A stretch of 64,000 nucleotides of DNA from Isosphaeraceae bacterium (GCA_965201075.1 CBDAVP010000014.1:1-64000); one strand, 5' to 3'. Positions 1-10,609 are shown, counted from the stretch's first letter. Numbers and translations: made by a program. The notes: generated by a model not told the origin, from the sequence alone.

Positions 1-343
1 AGCCGTGTTTGGAGCGGCGGACCTTGGGGATGACGAGGGCCGGGAACCTCATCAGGGTGCGGGCGAGGGATTCGGCCTCGCCTTGGCGGTCCTCATCCCA
101 GGAGAGGGTGGCGCGCCGGGCCTGGTCGTGTCTCAGGAGGATTTCTCGCTGGTGGAGACGCTCCATGCGGAGGGTTTCCCGGCAGACCTCCTGGAGGAGT
201 TCGCGCTCGTGGTCGTCGCGGGGCTCGTGGGCCTCGATCCAGCGGTCCATGCGGCCGAGGACGGCGGCGGCCTCGCGGTCGGGCGGGATTGGGGCGAGGC
301 GGTCCAGGGGTAGCGTACTGGTGGCGCTGGGTGAGTGGGTCAC
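1..343 (-). CDS. Hypothetical protein, partial (runs off the left edge)
   Basis: Own translation from GTG at 343: VTHSPSATSTLPLDRLAPIPPDREAAAVLGRMDRWIEAHEPRDDHERELLQEVCRETLRMERL...RATLSWDEDRQGEAESLARTL..., open to position 1; resembles a common planctomycete hypothetical family. Confidence 0.6.
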   Translation of the reverse strand, partial: MTHSPSATSTLPLDRLAPIPPDREAAAVLGRMDRWIEAHEPRDDHERELLQEVCRETLRMERLHQREILLRHDQARRATLSWDEDRQGEAESLARTLMRFPALVIPKVRRSKHG

Positions 344-790
344 GTTGGAGTTCGCCGGGGGGTGGGACTCGGGCGAATGGCCAGGCTCTTTGTTTATTAT
401 TGCAACTTTCGCGAACTTTTGGCTCAAAATCTGGGATTTTTTCTCGATTTCCTGATGCTGACCCGTTTCCTGGCTTTGATGAACTTCGATTGGGTTGTCG
501 TCCGATGCGGTTTGGTCGGAGCAAGCGAGAGTGGGTTTCTCAAGAAATTTGACTGATTCGGTTTGGTTTTTTAGGTAACTTGGGTGAAGTATAAGGGTGT
601 CTCCCGGATCGCCCGATTTGCGTCACCTCATTCCCTAACTCGTTGACCTCGGAGTTTTTGGGGCGGTAGTGCTTGAGGATTTGTTGAGTTGGCGTTGGTT
701 CGCGGAGGAGGATGGGGGGTTGGAAGGAATTCGGGGTTGGAGCGAGCGAGTGGCTTGGCTGAGACGTTAATATCAGCCTATCCTACCTGA

Positions 791-1909
791 ATGCTCTACT
801 TCGCGCGACTTTTAGTGGCGTGTCATCTGGTTCATCTTTTCGAGGGGCTGACCTTCGCTGAGTGGATGGATGTTCTTCGACGGGAGCGGTTTCGGGTTGA
901 TCCTCGGTACTGGGCTCGGGCGGGTTGGATTACGGGGATGAGTTTGGGGAATTCTTGGGCGGCTGGGGCGGTGGAGCGGCGGTATGGGGCGGCGCTGGCG
1001 GCGATTCGGGTGGAGGCGCCGGTTTTTGTTTTGGGGCATTATCGGAGTGGGACGACGCATTTGCATGAGATGCTGTCTCACGATCGGCGGTTCGCCTCGC
1101 CGAGCCGGTTTCAGGCGTTCAATCCGCGGACGTTTTTGGTGACGGAGCGGCTTTGGTGGTGGAAGGGGTTGCTGGAGCCGTGGATGTTGCCGAGGCGGGT
1201 GCAGGAGGATGAGGTTGCTTATCTGGTGGCTTCGCGGTTGTCGCCTTATCTGGATTGGTGCTTTCCGAGGAGTCGGCAGGGGTATGCGAGAACCTTGACG
1301 TTTCGGGAGGCTCCGGCGGAAGAAGTGGTGTCGTGGTCGGCGGCGGTGGAGGGGTTTCTCAGGGCCTTGACGCTGCGAGAGGGGCGGCGGTTGATCTTGA
1401 AGTCGCCGCCGCATACGGCTCGGATGGGGCTTTTGCTGAAGATGTTCCCTGATGCGCGGTTCATCCATATTCGCCGCGACCCTTATGCGGTGTTCTCCTC
1501 GACGTTGACGATGCTGAAGGCGGCGCGGCCGGTGTTTCGGCTCCAGGTGGGGCCTCGCGAAGTGGACGTGGAGGAGGTGTTGCGGGTGTATGCTGAGATG
1601 TACGATGCTTATTTCGAGGATCGGGAGCACGTGCCGGAGGGGCAGTTGGTGGAGGTGGCCTATGAGGATCTGGTGAGAGATCCCGTTGGACAGGTTCGGG
1701 GGATTTATGAGGGGCTGAACCTGGCGGACTTTGAGCCGTTCCGTCCGGAGTTGGAGGGGTATTTGGCTTCGATTCGGGGGTATCGGAAGAACCGGCATCG
1801 GCCGTTGGATGAGGCGACTCGGGGGCGGGTGGCCCGGGCGTGGGGTCGGAACTTCGCGGTTTGGGGGTATTCGACCGAGGCGGGGGCGCGGGTGGCGTTG
1901 CGGGCTTGA
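791..1909 (+). CDS. Sulfotransferase family protein
   Basis: PAPS-binding motif VFVLGHYRSGTTHL; ILKSPPHTAR; FIHIRRDPYAVFSS. Confidence 0.9.
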   Translation: MLYFARLLVACHLVHLFEGLTFAEWMDVLRRERFRVDPRYWARAGWITGMSLGNSWAAGAVERRYGAALAAIRVEAPVFVLGHYRSGTTHLHEMLSHDRRFASPSRFQAFNPRTFLVTERLWWWKGLLEPWMLPRRVQEDEVAYLVASRLSPYLDWCFPRSRQGYARTLTFREAPAEEVVSWSAAVEGFLRALTLREGRRLILKSPPHTARMGLLLKMFPDARFIHIRRDPYAVFSSTLTMLKAARPVFRLQVGPREVDVEEVLRVYAEMYDAYFEDREHVPEGQLVEVAYEDLVRDPVGQVRGIYEGLNLADFEPFRPELEGYLASIRGYRKNRHRPLDEATRGRVARAWGRNFAVWGYSTEAGARVALRA

Positions 1910-2297
1910 TGGGTGGGGCGATGCCGCGGGATGCGACGCGGTTGGACGCGTATTGGCGTTGAGGAGGGGTGGGGTCGCGGGGTCGGGTTGCGACGAAGGG
2001 GACGAACGGTGTGGGCCGGGAGATTGGTCGTCGCGGGTTTCCACCCCGCGTGGCCTGCTCGGGCTGAACACGCCCGCGTCGGGGTTTCGGGGGTCACCGG
2101 GCCGACGTCGGGGTGATTGCGGGAAACCCTGCCCTCACGGGTCGATCCGCCGGAAGACGTATCTTTGGCGGTTATGGCGACTCAAATACATGTGAGTCTG
2201 GACGTCGTCGCCTTGCGTTGCCCTGGCCCGTCGTGAGATCATCGCCGCGTCTCGCGGAGCGGATCGGCCTGCCGTTTCCCTCGATGGAGGTTCAGCA

Positions 2298-2861
2298 ATG
2301 CAGCGACGGATGTGCGGACTCGCGGCGATGGTTTTCCTGGTCGGGGCCGCGGGATCCGCGTCGGCCAGCCCCGTTGTCGTGGACTTTACGTACGAGTTCG
2401 CCGATGGCCAGTCGCTCTCGGGCTCCGTCGATGGCGACCTCCAGGCGGACGGCGATTTCGTGAAGGATTTGACGAACCTCCATGCTGTCTACTCGGGAAT
2501 GTCCGGGACGGAGTTTACCTTCCTTCGGCAGGACCTTAGCATCCTTTCGCTGAGAGGGACCCTGGGTTACGCGTTCTACGGGTTCGCCTCGGACCCGCTT
2601 ACCCCGGAGGCGGACCCCAGGGCGAATTTCGGATTCGCTCTCGCGTATAACACGTACCCCAATTCCGTGACGGTCGGGACTTTCGAGACGGATGTTACGG
2701 GATTCAGCTACCCTCCGGTCGCGACCGCGCTGGAAGCGACCGTTTTCGATCCGGAGTCCTATTCCGCATCCGTGAGAGGTGTTCCCGAACCCTCGTCGCT
2801 GGCGATCTTCGGCATCGGCTTGGTGATCGCACTCGGTCGACGGTGGCGGGTCCGTTGTTGA
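2298..2861 (+). CDS. PEP-CTERM sorting domain protein
   Basis: N-terminal signal peptide; C-terminal VPEPSSLAIFGIGLVIALGRRWR. Confidence 0.85.
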   Translation: MQRRMCGLAAMVFLVGAAGSASASPVVVDFTYEFADGQSLSGSVDGDLQADGDFVKDLTNLHAVYSGMSGTEFTFLRQDLSILSLRGTLGYAFYGFASDPLTPEADPRANFGFALAYNTYPNSVTVGTFETDVTGFSYPPVATALEATVFDPESYSASVRGVPEPSSLAIFGIGLVIALGRRWRVRC

Positions 2862-3026
2862 CGGTCCTCGGCCCGAGACTCGCCGAGAGAGGGTCGGGCG
2901 GGGTCCTCGGCGGTGACTAGGCCGGGTGAAGGATTGACATGACGGCGGGGGGTGAGTGCCTGGGTAGGACCTTCGCCGTCTGGGGATGATCCGACCGGGA
3001 TGGGAGTGCTGGCGACTCGGGTTTGA

Positions 3027-4160
3027 TCAACGTGGGATGTCGCGGGATGCGGTAAGGCCTGGCGCAGCGTTGCGCTGGTGGGGGGCTCGAGTGGGGGTGG
3101 GGTTTGCCGTGGTGGCTTTGGGGGATTTGGTTCCGACGAGGAAGAAGAACGGGGTGAGTTGAAAGAGGGCGTCGTTGAGGGGTCGGAGGACCAGGCCGTT
3201 GAGCCAGTTCAGGGGGGGGCGGCGGAAGCCGTGGCGGACCTGGGTGGGGAGGCCGTGGGCTTGCATCAGGTTGGCGACGGCGGTGGGGTCGAGCTGGCGT
3301 TCGCAGTATTCGCCGGTCTCGGGATTGCGGCACCAGGAGAGTGAGGGTGGGGTGGGTAGCGTGGTGGTGGGGGTGAAGTGGGTGGCGAGGTGCTCGATGG
3401 TGGGGCGAGTCAGGCCGGCGGTGGCGTTGGCGAGTCGGTGGATGGTGGGGGCGTCGAGTTGGGGGTTGGCCTGGGCGATCATGGCTGAGCGCATGGTGGC
3501 GTAGGGCTGGATGTCGCGGTTTTCCTCGGGGCGGTCGGTTTGAAGCTGGGCGATGTAGGTCCAGTCGGCGTCTCGTCGGGCCCACATGGCGCGGATCTCG
3601 GCGAGTTGGCGGTGGTTGCGGGCGTTGTTGTCGTTGGTGACGACGATGCGTCCTCCGGGTTTGAGGAGGCGGGCGCAGGTGGCGAACATGCGGTCGAGGT
3701 CGTGGACGTGTTCGATGGTCTGGTTGCAGATGATGGCGTCGAAGGTGGCGTCGGGGAGGTTGAGGTCGCAGATGTCGCCGGTGAGGGGCTCGATGGCGAT
3801 GGGGGCACCGGCGGATTGGATGGCGGCGACTCGGTCGGCGAGGGTGGCGGTCATCAGGGGACGGATGTCGTTGGCGACGAGGTGAGCGCCGGAGAGGGCG
3901 GCGAGGGCCACCGCCTGCCAGCCGAAGCCGCAGCCGACGTCGAGGACGCGGTCGTTGGGAGTCATGCGGGCGAGGCGGGCGATCTCGGCCATCGCCCAGA
4001 AGAAGCGGTCGGGGCTGCCGCCGTCGTAGTGGCGGGCGTAGCTGAGGAAGTCGGCGTTGGCCCCCTCGTTGATGTAGCGGTGGACCCAATGGCGGGCGCT
4101 GGCGTCGTTGTTGGGGGTGGCCGGGGCTGGTGTCGGTTGGGTCGCGGAGGCGGTGTTCAT
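3027..4160 (-). CDS. Class I SAM-dependent methyltransferase
   Basis: VLDVGCGFG; FDAIICNQTIEHV; LLKPGG; likely start ATG 4160 (MNTASA). Confidence 0.85.
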   Translation of the reverse strand: MNTASATQPTPAPATPNNDASARHWVHRYINEGANADFLSYARHYDGGSPDRFFWAMAEIARLARMTPNDRVLDVGCGFGWQAVALAALSGAHLVANDIRPLMTATLADRVAAIQSAGAPIAIEPLTGDICDLNLPDATFDAIICNQTIEHVHDLDRMFATCARLLKPGGRIVVTNDNNARNHRQLAEIRAMWARRDADWTYIAQLQTDRPEENRDIQPYATMRSAMIAQANPQLDAPTIHRLANATAGLTRPTIEHLATHFTPTTTLPTPPSLSWCRNPETGEYCERQLDPTAVANLMQAHGLPTQVRHGFRRPPLNWLNGLVLRPLNDALFQLTPFFFLVGTKSPKATTANPTPTRAPHQRNAAPGLTASRDIPR

Positions 4161-4642
4161 CGGCCAAGGCCCCTGAAGGCGTGCGGCGGCCCTCCGCGAC
4201 GTTGCGCGGGACGGGGCTTCCGATGGTCTATAGGTGCCGGTCGGAGGGTTGTCCAATGGGGACTTCGGCGGTTGAGGGATGCGTTGGTTTGCCTGATCCG
4301 AGGTTGCGAGGCCGCCCCTCCGGGGCTGGGAATGCCGGGGGGGCGTCACAACGCGGAGCCTCGCGAAGCAGGGGCGAATGGGCTGGGGAGCGGCCGGGAG
4401 GGGGCGCGACGCGGAGCCTTGCGATGAGGGGGCGTTTTGCGTTGCGAGGGAGACGGGGGGTGTGGGTGGGATCGTTATCGCGAGGGGGGGGACGGGGGTG
4501 AATTCCCCGGGGCGTGGGGATTCTGGCGCGGATGGGCGTGGGGCGGGGCGGGGCGGGTGGAAGGGAAGGCCGGTGCCGGGGGAGAGAGGTCCGGGGCACC
4601 GGCGGCCTTCGCTGGGAAACGGTTGGCTGAGCCGGGCTGGAG

Positions 4643-4852
4643 TCAGTCGGCGTGGCGGACGGCGGCGGCGGGGACTCGGGACGTGGCGGCGCTGTGGGCC
4701 ACCAGCATCACTCCGTCAGGACCGACTTCGGAGGCCGCGACGGCCGGGACGTCTCGGCCGCCGAGGTGGATGATCACCCGGTCGCCTCGGCGGAACTCGG
4801 TGCCGTTGGGGCCTTCGTCGCGGTTGTTGTCCCAAGTGTCGGATCGGTTCAT
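4643..4852 (-). CDS. Small hypothetical protein (69 aa)
   Basis: ATG with purine-rich upstream GGGAGAG; FRRGDRVIIHL resembles a small beta-barrel. Confidence 0.5.
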   Translation of the reverse strand: MNRSDTWDNNRDEGPNGTEFRRGDRVIIHLGGRDVPAVAASEVGPDGVMLVAHSAATSRVPAAAVRHAD

Positions 4853-5113
4853 GGTCGTCTCTCCCTGGAAACTGGCGGAACAGAAAACAGGCAGCCTGCG
4901 TCACGGACTGCTTCGGTGGCGAGGCCCCAGCCGGCTCGGGGACGGCCGGGGCTACTCCTATTCTACGATCGGTTGTGGGCCGACGTTCGTCTGAATTTCG
5001 TGGAAATGCCCCGGGGAAACCGGGTCTCTCCAGGGATACCCGATCAGGGGCTGGCGCTTAACCCCAATTTCGGGGGATTTTTTTCTGGAAGAGACGTTGA
5101 TGGGTGGGGGTGG

Positions 5114-6310
5114 TCAGTTGCGAGGTCGGGAGGGGATTTGCGAAAATCGGGCGATTCCTCGGGTTCGACGGCGAGTAGACAGGCCGAGGGCGGTGGTTCC
5201 GAGGGTGGCCAGGGCAAGGGCGGAGGGTTCGGGGACGGCCGTTGGGGTGAGGAGGAAGGCGTGGTCGTGTCCGTCGGGGTTGAAGCCGAAGCCGACGATT
5301 TGGCCCTTGTTGTTGATGGCGGAGGCCGACAGGAGAGTCCAGCCGGAGTTGGGGTCGAGCAGGGTGTTCAGGTCGGTCAGGGTGCCCGCCTGGTCGATGG
5401 TGGCGTGGATGTAGCCGAAGGCGGCGCCGTAGGAGTAGCCGACGACCGTGCTGGCGTCGTTGATGCCGTTGGCGGCGCTGGAAGTCCCGCCGGGGAGGGT
5501 TCCCAGGTCCTTCATGAGGGTGCCGGAAGTGATGAAGGCGTGGATGGTTCCGGCGTCGCCGGGGGTGATCGTGGAGTAGCCGGCGGCGACTCCCTTGTTG
5601 TTCAGGGCGAGGCCGTAGCTGTTGTCGCCGCCGAGGGTGCCGAGGTCGGTGTAGTTTCCCTGGGCGTCGATGAACATGGCGTGGGTGGGGTTGCCTGTGT
5701 GGTTGGCGTTGAGGGTGGCGTCGCCGAGGATGAGGCCGGCGTTGTTGATGGCGACGCCGAAACTGTCTCCCCCGGCGACGGCGGCTCCGAGGTCGGTCAG
5801 GGTGCCGTTGGTGGAGAGGAAGGCGTGGGTGGCGTTCTGGCCGGCGGTGGTGGAGTCGCCGACGACCTGGCCCTTGGCGTTGATGCCGTAGGCATGACTG
5901 GCGTCGGAGGCGGTGGCTCCGAGGGTGCCGAGGTCGGTGATGGTTCCGCTCTGGAAGGTGACGGCGTGCTCGGTGGCGAGCGAGTTGGCGTCGGTGGTGG
6001 AGAGGCCGGCGATCTGGCCGCTGGCGTTGATGGCCTGGCCGTAACTGTAGGTTCCGCCGAGGGTTCCGAGGTCGGTCAGGGTGCCTTTGCTGTAGACGAA
6101 GGCGTGCCGTTGAGAAAAGTCGCCGGGGGTGAGTAGCGAGGAGCCCGTGATGACTCCGGCGTCGTTGATGGCGGTGGCGGTGCTGGAGTCGCCGCCGAGG
6201 TCGCCGAGGTCGGTGATGATGTAGGCGGGCCCGGCCGAGGCGGTGGGGGTGAGGCCGAGGAGGAGGGCGAGGAGCCAGGACGCGCGGGTGAGAACCTTGG
6301 GCGTCGTCAT
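5114..6310 (-). CDS. HAF-repeat extracellular protein with PEP-CTERM
   Basis: Repeated DLGTLGG...AINxxGQIVG...HAF units; C-terminal VPEPSALALATLG. Confidence 0.9.
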   Translation of the reverse strand: MTTPKVLTRASWLLALLLGLTPTASAGPAYIITDLGDLGGDSSTATAINDAGVITGSSLLTPGDFSQRHAFVYSKGTLTDLGTLGGTYSYGQAINASGQIAGLSTTDANSLATEHAVTFQSGTITDLGTLGATASDASHAYGINAKGQVVGDSTTAGQNATHAFLSTNGTLTDLGAAVAGGDSFGVAINNAGLILGDATLNANHTGNPTHAMFIDAQGNYTDLGTLGGDNSYGLALNNKGVAAGYSTITPGDAGTIHAFITSGTLMKDLGTLPGGTSSAANGINDASTVVGYSYGAAFGYIHATIDQAGTLTDLNTLLDPNSGWTLLSASAINNKGQIVGFGFNPDGHDHAFLLTPTAVPEPSALALATLGTTALGLSTRRRTRGIARFSQIPSRPRN

Positions 6311-6480
6311 GGTTGGGACCTTCACGGGTTGCGATTGCGGGGGGGCCCCGGCATGGTGAGCGCGGCGGGGCCGGCAGGCAAGGGATTGGTCCGGCTTGTG
6401 GAAGGCTTGTGGGTTTGGGGCCTCGCGATGGGGCGATTTGGGCAGGCTGGGGGGTCTTGTTTTGGTCCGAGCGAACTCGT

Positions 6481-7773
6481 TCAGGTGGGGTCGGGGAGGC
6501 CGAAGAGGTGCCGGACGGCGTTGAGGAGGGGGTGAGGAGTGTCGGTGGGGGTAGCGGTGGCGGTGGCGGTGCGGAGGGCGGCTCGGGGGTGGTGGAGGAG
6601 CTGGTTTTGGAGGCGACGGTAGGAGTGGTCGATGGAGGCTCGCTGGGCGTCGTCGAGTTCGGGGTGACGCGTGAAGAGGGCCTGAAGTTCTCTTTGGCGG
6701 GTGGCGTCGGCGGTGTCGCCGAGCTGGCGGAGGAGAGTTCCAGCGTGTCGTTGGTGGCGAAGGGCGGCCATGCAGGCGGCGACTTCCTGGTCGAGCAAGC
6801 TGGTGGCGAGGTCGGCGCTCCGGCGACGGGATTGGCGGTTTTGCTCGGTGACGGCGTGGAGGTCGTCGAGGTTGTAGAGCTGGACTTGCTCGATGGCGTC
6901 GATGCGGGGGTCGAAGTCTCGTGGGACGGCGATGTCGAGGATCAGGGCGAGGCGGTTGCGGCGGGCTCGCTGGACCCGGGCGTACTGGTCGAAGGTGACG
7001 ATGGGTTGGTCGGCGGCGGTGGTGCTGACGACGAGGTCGGCGAGGATGAGTGCCTGGTTGAGTCGGTCGAAGGGGACGGCCTCGCCTCCGTGGCGGTGGG
7101 CGGCGGCTTCGGCGCGGGCGGGGTCTCGGTTGGTGACGAGGATCTTGCCGGGGTGGAGGCTTTTGAGGTGCTGGAGGGTGAGTTCGCCCATCTTGCCGGC
7201 GCCGATGACCAGGACGGTCTTGTCGGCGAAGGTTCCGAAGACGTCTCGGGCGACGTCGACGGCGACGCTGGCGATGGAGAGTTTGCCCTGTCCCATTCCG
7301 GTGGCGTCTCGGACGAGCTTGCCGACGCGGAGGGCGTGCTCGAAGACGCGGTGGAGCAAAGGGCCGGCGGCGGAGCGGGAACGGGCGGATTGGAGGGCAG
7401 ATTTGACCTGGCCGAGGATCTGGCCTTCGCCCAGGACGAGGCTTTCGAGGCTGGCGGCGACCCGGAAGAGGTGGGCGACGGCGGCCTCGTCGTGGTGGTC
7501 TCGCAGGTGGGGCAGGAGGGATTCGGCGGGCTGGTTGTGGAAGTGGGCGAGGAAGGCGGTGAGGGCGGCGGTGGCGGGGAGGTGGGACGGTTCGGCGGCG
7601 GCGGCGTAGAGTTCGACGCGGTTGCAGGTGGAGAGGATGACGAACTCGGCGTGGGGGTGGTCGGCCCTGAGGGCGTCGAGGGCGTGGTCGAGGCGGGGGC
7701 CCTCGAAGGCGAGGGCCTCGCGGATGACGGTGGGGGCGGTGCGGTGGTCGAGGCCCAGGGCGAGGAGGCTCAC
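6481..7773 (-). CDS. hemA: Glutamyl-tRNA reductase
   Basis: GLDHRTAP; catalytic LSTCNRVELY; SLVLGEGQILGQVK; VIGAGKMG; DIAVPRD; GTG start overlaps the ccsA stop. Confidence 0.97.
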   Translation of the reverse strand: MSLLALGLDHRTAPTVIREALAFEGPRLDHALDALRADHPHAEFVILSTCNRVELYAAAAEPSHLPATAALTAFLAHFHNQPAESLLPHLRDHHDEAAVAHLFRVAASLESLVLGEGQILGQVKSALQSARSRSAAGPLLHRVFEHALRVGKLVRDATGMGQGKLSIASVAVDVARDVFGTFADKTVLVIGAGKMGELTLQHLKSLHPGKILVTNRDPARAEAAAHRHGGEAVPFDRLNQALILADLVVSTTAADQPIVTFDQYARVQRARRNRLALILDIAVPRDFDPRIDAIEQVQLYNLDDLHAVTEQNRQSRRRSADLATSLLDQEVAACMAALRHQRHAGTLLRQLGDTADATRQRELQALFTRHPELDDAQRASIDHSYRRLQNQLLHHPRAALRTATATATPTDTPHPLLNAVRHLFGLPDPT

Positions 7774-8651
7774 CGAGACACCCCCGGCCTGGGGATGGCC
7801 GTGGTGGCGGGGGCTCCGTGGTTGGTGGGGAGCCAGGGGCCGACTCCGACCATGGCGAAGGCGAGGAAGCCGAAGGCGATCATGGTGAGCAAGGCGACGC
7901 GACGGCCTCTCATGGCCGGGCGGAAGCGGGCGTGGAGCAGGGCGGCGAAGACCAGCCAGAGGGCGGCGGTGCTGAGGACCTTGGGGTCGGTCCAGGTGAG
8001 GGCGAGGCCGCCGGTGGGGTTTCGGGCGGCGGGGATGAGGGCCATGCCGATGAGCAGGCCGGTGGTCAGCAGGGGGAAGGCCAGGGTGATGGCGGCCCGG
8101 TTGAGGGTTTCGGACTGTTCGAGGCTGGGGAGGTGGAAGCCGAAGCGGGCGGGTTTCTTGTGCTTGAGGCGGCGGGCCTGGATCAGGTACATCAAGGCGG
8201 CGATGGTGGCGACGCAGGTGCTGACGGCTCCGGCGAGCAGGAAGAGGCCGTGGGTGGCTCCCCAGAAGCGGACGCCGTTGCCCCACTGGCCCCAACTGGC
8301 TTTTTGGCCGGAGAGCCCGGCGGCCAGGGCCAGGACCAGGACCAATGGTAGGAGGAAGAGGCTAATGGCCAGGGGGCGGGGGGAGCGGAGCATCAGGTAG
8401 AGGTCGATGGCGACGAGGATCCAGGCCAGGCCCAGGAGGGATTCATAGGCGGTGGACAGGGGGACGAATTCTTGACGGGACCAGGCGAGGTTGCCCAGGA
8501 ATGCGGTGTGGACGGCCCAGCCCAGGGTGGTGAGGCCGAAGGTGGCGTACCAGCGGGCGCGGCTGCCGGTGAGGAACCGGGCCAGGTCGCTGACCAGGGC
8601 CAGGGCGTAGGTCCCGGCGAAACAGAGAACGGTGAGCTTTTCCAGCAACAT
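7770..8651 (-). CDS. ccsA: Cytochrome c biogenesis CcsA/HemX-family membrane protein
   Basis: Multi-TM protein with LPSLEQSE and WTDPKV; canonical linkage to hemA; start ATG 8651 (MLLEKL). Confidence 0.85.
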   Translation of the reverse strand: MLLEKLTVLCFAGTYALALVSDLARFLTGSRARWYATFGLTTLGWAVHTAFLGNLAWSRQEFVPLSTAYESLLGLAWILVAIDLYLMLRSPRPLAISLFLLPLVLVLALAAGLSGQKASWGQWGNGVRFWGATHGLFLLAGAVSTCVATIAALMYLIQARRLKHKKPARFGFHLPSLEQSETLNRAAITLAFPLLTTGLLIGMALIPAARNPTGGLALTWTDPKVLSTAALWLVFAALLHARFRPAMRGRRVALLTMIAFGFLAFAMVGVGPWLPTNHGAPATTAIPRPGVSR

Positions 8652-8705
8652 TGCGGCGGGGCCTGGGCCGGGGCCTTGGGCGATTGCGGCGGTTGGGGCG
8701 GGACT

Positions 8706-8734
8706 ATTGTAGCCGTTGGGGGAAATGGGCCCAA
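8706..8734 (-). promoter_or_regulatory. Candidate sigma70-type promoter for ccsA-hemA
   Basis: TTGGGC-17 bp-TACAAT on the minus strand, ~55 bp upstream of ATG 8651. Confidence 0.4.
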
Positions 8735-8767
8735 GGGGCGAGGTCGCGGCGTCGGTGCCGGGCCGTG

Positions 8768-9208
8768 TCAGGACTTCTCCAGGTGGGTCAGGTAGCCCAG
8801 ATAGTCGAGCTTGGGCACTCCGGGGGGCTGCCATCCCTGGGGGAACGGGTCGGAGGTGAATCGCAGGATCCAGTCGTACTGGAAATCGACCCGGTGGAGC
8901 GGGACCTGGAGGACGACACGTTCTCGGAGCAGGAGAAACCTCGACCGCCTGGAGCCATTGGAGTCGTCGCGTCTGAAGGTCTCTCCCCAGGGCTCGCGTC
9001 GGGTGGTCCGGTACTCGAACTGGAGTTCATCGTCGGAGGAAGCGAATGCGAAATCTAGATACGTATGGATTTTCTGGTCCTGGCCATGGGTCATGGTCCC
9101 GGTCCCGTCCTTCGCGAAGGTGATCCCCTGGATGAGGTCGTAGTCTTCGCAGCGGGCCCTCCAGAAGGGGGTGCTGGTGAGGATGTCGATGATTGGGGTG
9201 TTGGACAT
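8768..9208 (-). CDS. Hypothetical protein, putative immunity (paralog of 12702..13142)
   Basis: 146 aa; 113/146 identical to 12702..13142 by manual alignment. Confidence 0.8.
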   Translation of the reverse strand: MSNTPIIDILTSTPFWRARCEDYDLIQGITFAKDGTGTMTHGQDQKIHTYLDFAFASSDDELQFEYRTTRREPWGETFRRDDSNGSRRSRFLLLRERVVLQVPLHRVDFQYDWILRFTSDPFPQGWQPPGVPKLDYLGYLTHLEKS

Positions 9209-9330
9209 CGACGGTGGGCCTCCCGGGGTGAGGCGATTTGACGTGAAGCGTTGGTTTCGGCGGGCCTGCCTACGCGGCGGAATCGTCGGAGGCGCCGATC
9301 GAGTGTTTTCCTGGCTGGGACGGGTCCGCC

Positions 9331-9411
9331 CCGGGTGGCGAGGGTCTGGTCCTCCAGACCCCAGCTTGGGCTCGGGACCGGGATCTCGCGGACGAGACCC
9401 CAGCCACCCGG
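9331..9411 (+). repeat. REP-like palindromic element, class 1, copy 1
   Basis: CCGGGTGGC...GGTCTGGTCCTCCAGACC...CTCGCGGACGAG...GCCACCCGG; terminal IR plus internal hairpins. Confidence 0.75.
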
Positions 9412-9439
9412 CCGAATGTGTCCGCAGGGCGGGTTCGGA

Positions 9440-9841
9440 TCAGTATACCTCGATTTCGACGTCGGAATTTCCGGGCACGAGCGACAAGAGAAATTCCCTG
9501 GCAAGTTGCAGGAGGGCCTGGTTGATTGGCTCGTCGAATCCGAACTGGATCAGGTGCCGCTTGACCACGCCTTTCACGGCCATGCCATCGGGGCCGGGGA
9601 TCGCGAACGCATAGGCTGGTCCTTGAGTCCTGGCGTCGCGCCACAAGGCGTCGATGACCGTTTGCATGGCGGGCGAAGGGTTGGGGAAATTCGACTGCGC
9701 GGCCCTGGCCTGGGCCTCGAGTGGGTCGCCGGGTTCGACTCGCGTGCCCGGAAATTCCTGGACAACCCGCCGGAGGATGCCGGCGGGATCGAACGCCCGG
9801 TCGCTTGGGGGGTCGAGGAGGTTGATGCTGAGATAGGTCAC
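9440..9841 (-). CDS. Hypothetical protein, putative immunity
   Basis: Globular-looking 3' part of ORF 9440..10282; likely GTG start at 9841 (VTYLSINLLDP). Confidence 0.65.
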   Translation of the reverse strand: MTYLSINLLDPPSDRAFDPAGILRRVVQEFPGTRVEPGDPLEAQARAAQSNFPNPSPAMQTVIDALWRDARTQGPAYAFAIPGPDGMAVKGVVKRHLIQFGFDEPINQALLQLAREFLLSLVPGNSDVEIEVY

Positions 9842-9920
9842 CTTTGGGGTCCTCGGGGCGAGACCTGGAATTGGCGCGACTGCCTGGACGCCCCATCGGA
9901 GGATGTCGCGTTTCGCCGTC

Positions 9921-10448
9921 TCATTCTCGCCTCGAACCATCGGCCGGGTCCAAGAGGTAATCCTGCTCGTGGCCGACGAGGTGAAGGCCCGATCCGTCAA
10001 CCTGGTCGAGGATGTCGTCCCAGGACTTGGCGACATGCCAGAGGACCTCGCTGGATGCGTCGAGGGCGAAGATGCCGCCCTCGTAGATCGCGATGAGGTG
10101 AGGTCCGGGTTCGAGCCAGCGGAAGTCGTGGAAGCCGTTGTCGTCGTCGGGCTTTCGATGGAGGTCCACGGGGTCGAGCCGCCTGGGGGAGATGATGACC
10201 ACGGCGGTGAGGCCCACGAGGACCGTGAGCCCGCCCCACCGGACCACCTCGCACGCGGGCTGTAATTTGCCCGCGGCGGCATGGTGTCTCAGGCCCGCGA
10301 AGCCGGCGAGGTCCAGCTCCCGTTCGCCCCGGCGGACGCGCAGGGTCGCGGGGCGTTCGCCCACGTCGGGCGTCGCCAGCACTTCGAGGCCGGGGGCGAT
10401 CGTGGTGGCCACACCGGGCGGGAGCCTGAGTTCCGCCCGGTCGATCAT
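9921..10448 (-). CDS. Hypothetical protein, putative immunity
   Basis: 175 aa; ATG overlaps the stop of a short upstream remnant frame (ATGA). Confidence 0.7.
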   Translation of the reverse strand: MIDRAELRLPPGVATTIAPGLEVLATPDVGERPATLRVRRGERELDLAGFAGLRHHAAAGKLQPACEVVRWGGLTVLVGLTAVVIISPRRLDPVDLHRKPDDDNGFHDFRWLEPGPHLIAIYEGGIFALDASSEVLWHVAKSWDDILDQVDGSGLHLVGHEQDYLLDPADGSRRE

Positions 10449-10508
10449 CGGGCGGTGCCCCCGAGGGAATTGATGGCGGCTTTGAGGGCGTTGTCTCCGG
10501 GAGGAGGA

Positions 10509-10581
10509 TCGGTGTCAGTTCCCTGTTCGCGATTGAACACTGGAGCCGCGAGCGACCGAGGAAGGCGTGAACTGACACCGA
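10509..10581. repeat. Inverted-repeat element, class 2
   Basis: Perfect 13-bp IR TCGGTGTCAGTTC / GAACTGACACCGA with a 47-bp spacer. Confidence 0.8.
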
Positions 10582-10609
10582 ATTTCACGGCGACCCCGTC
10601 TTGCTCGCG

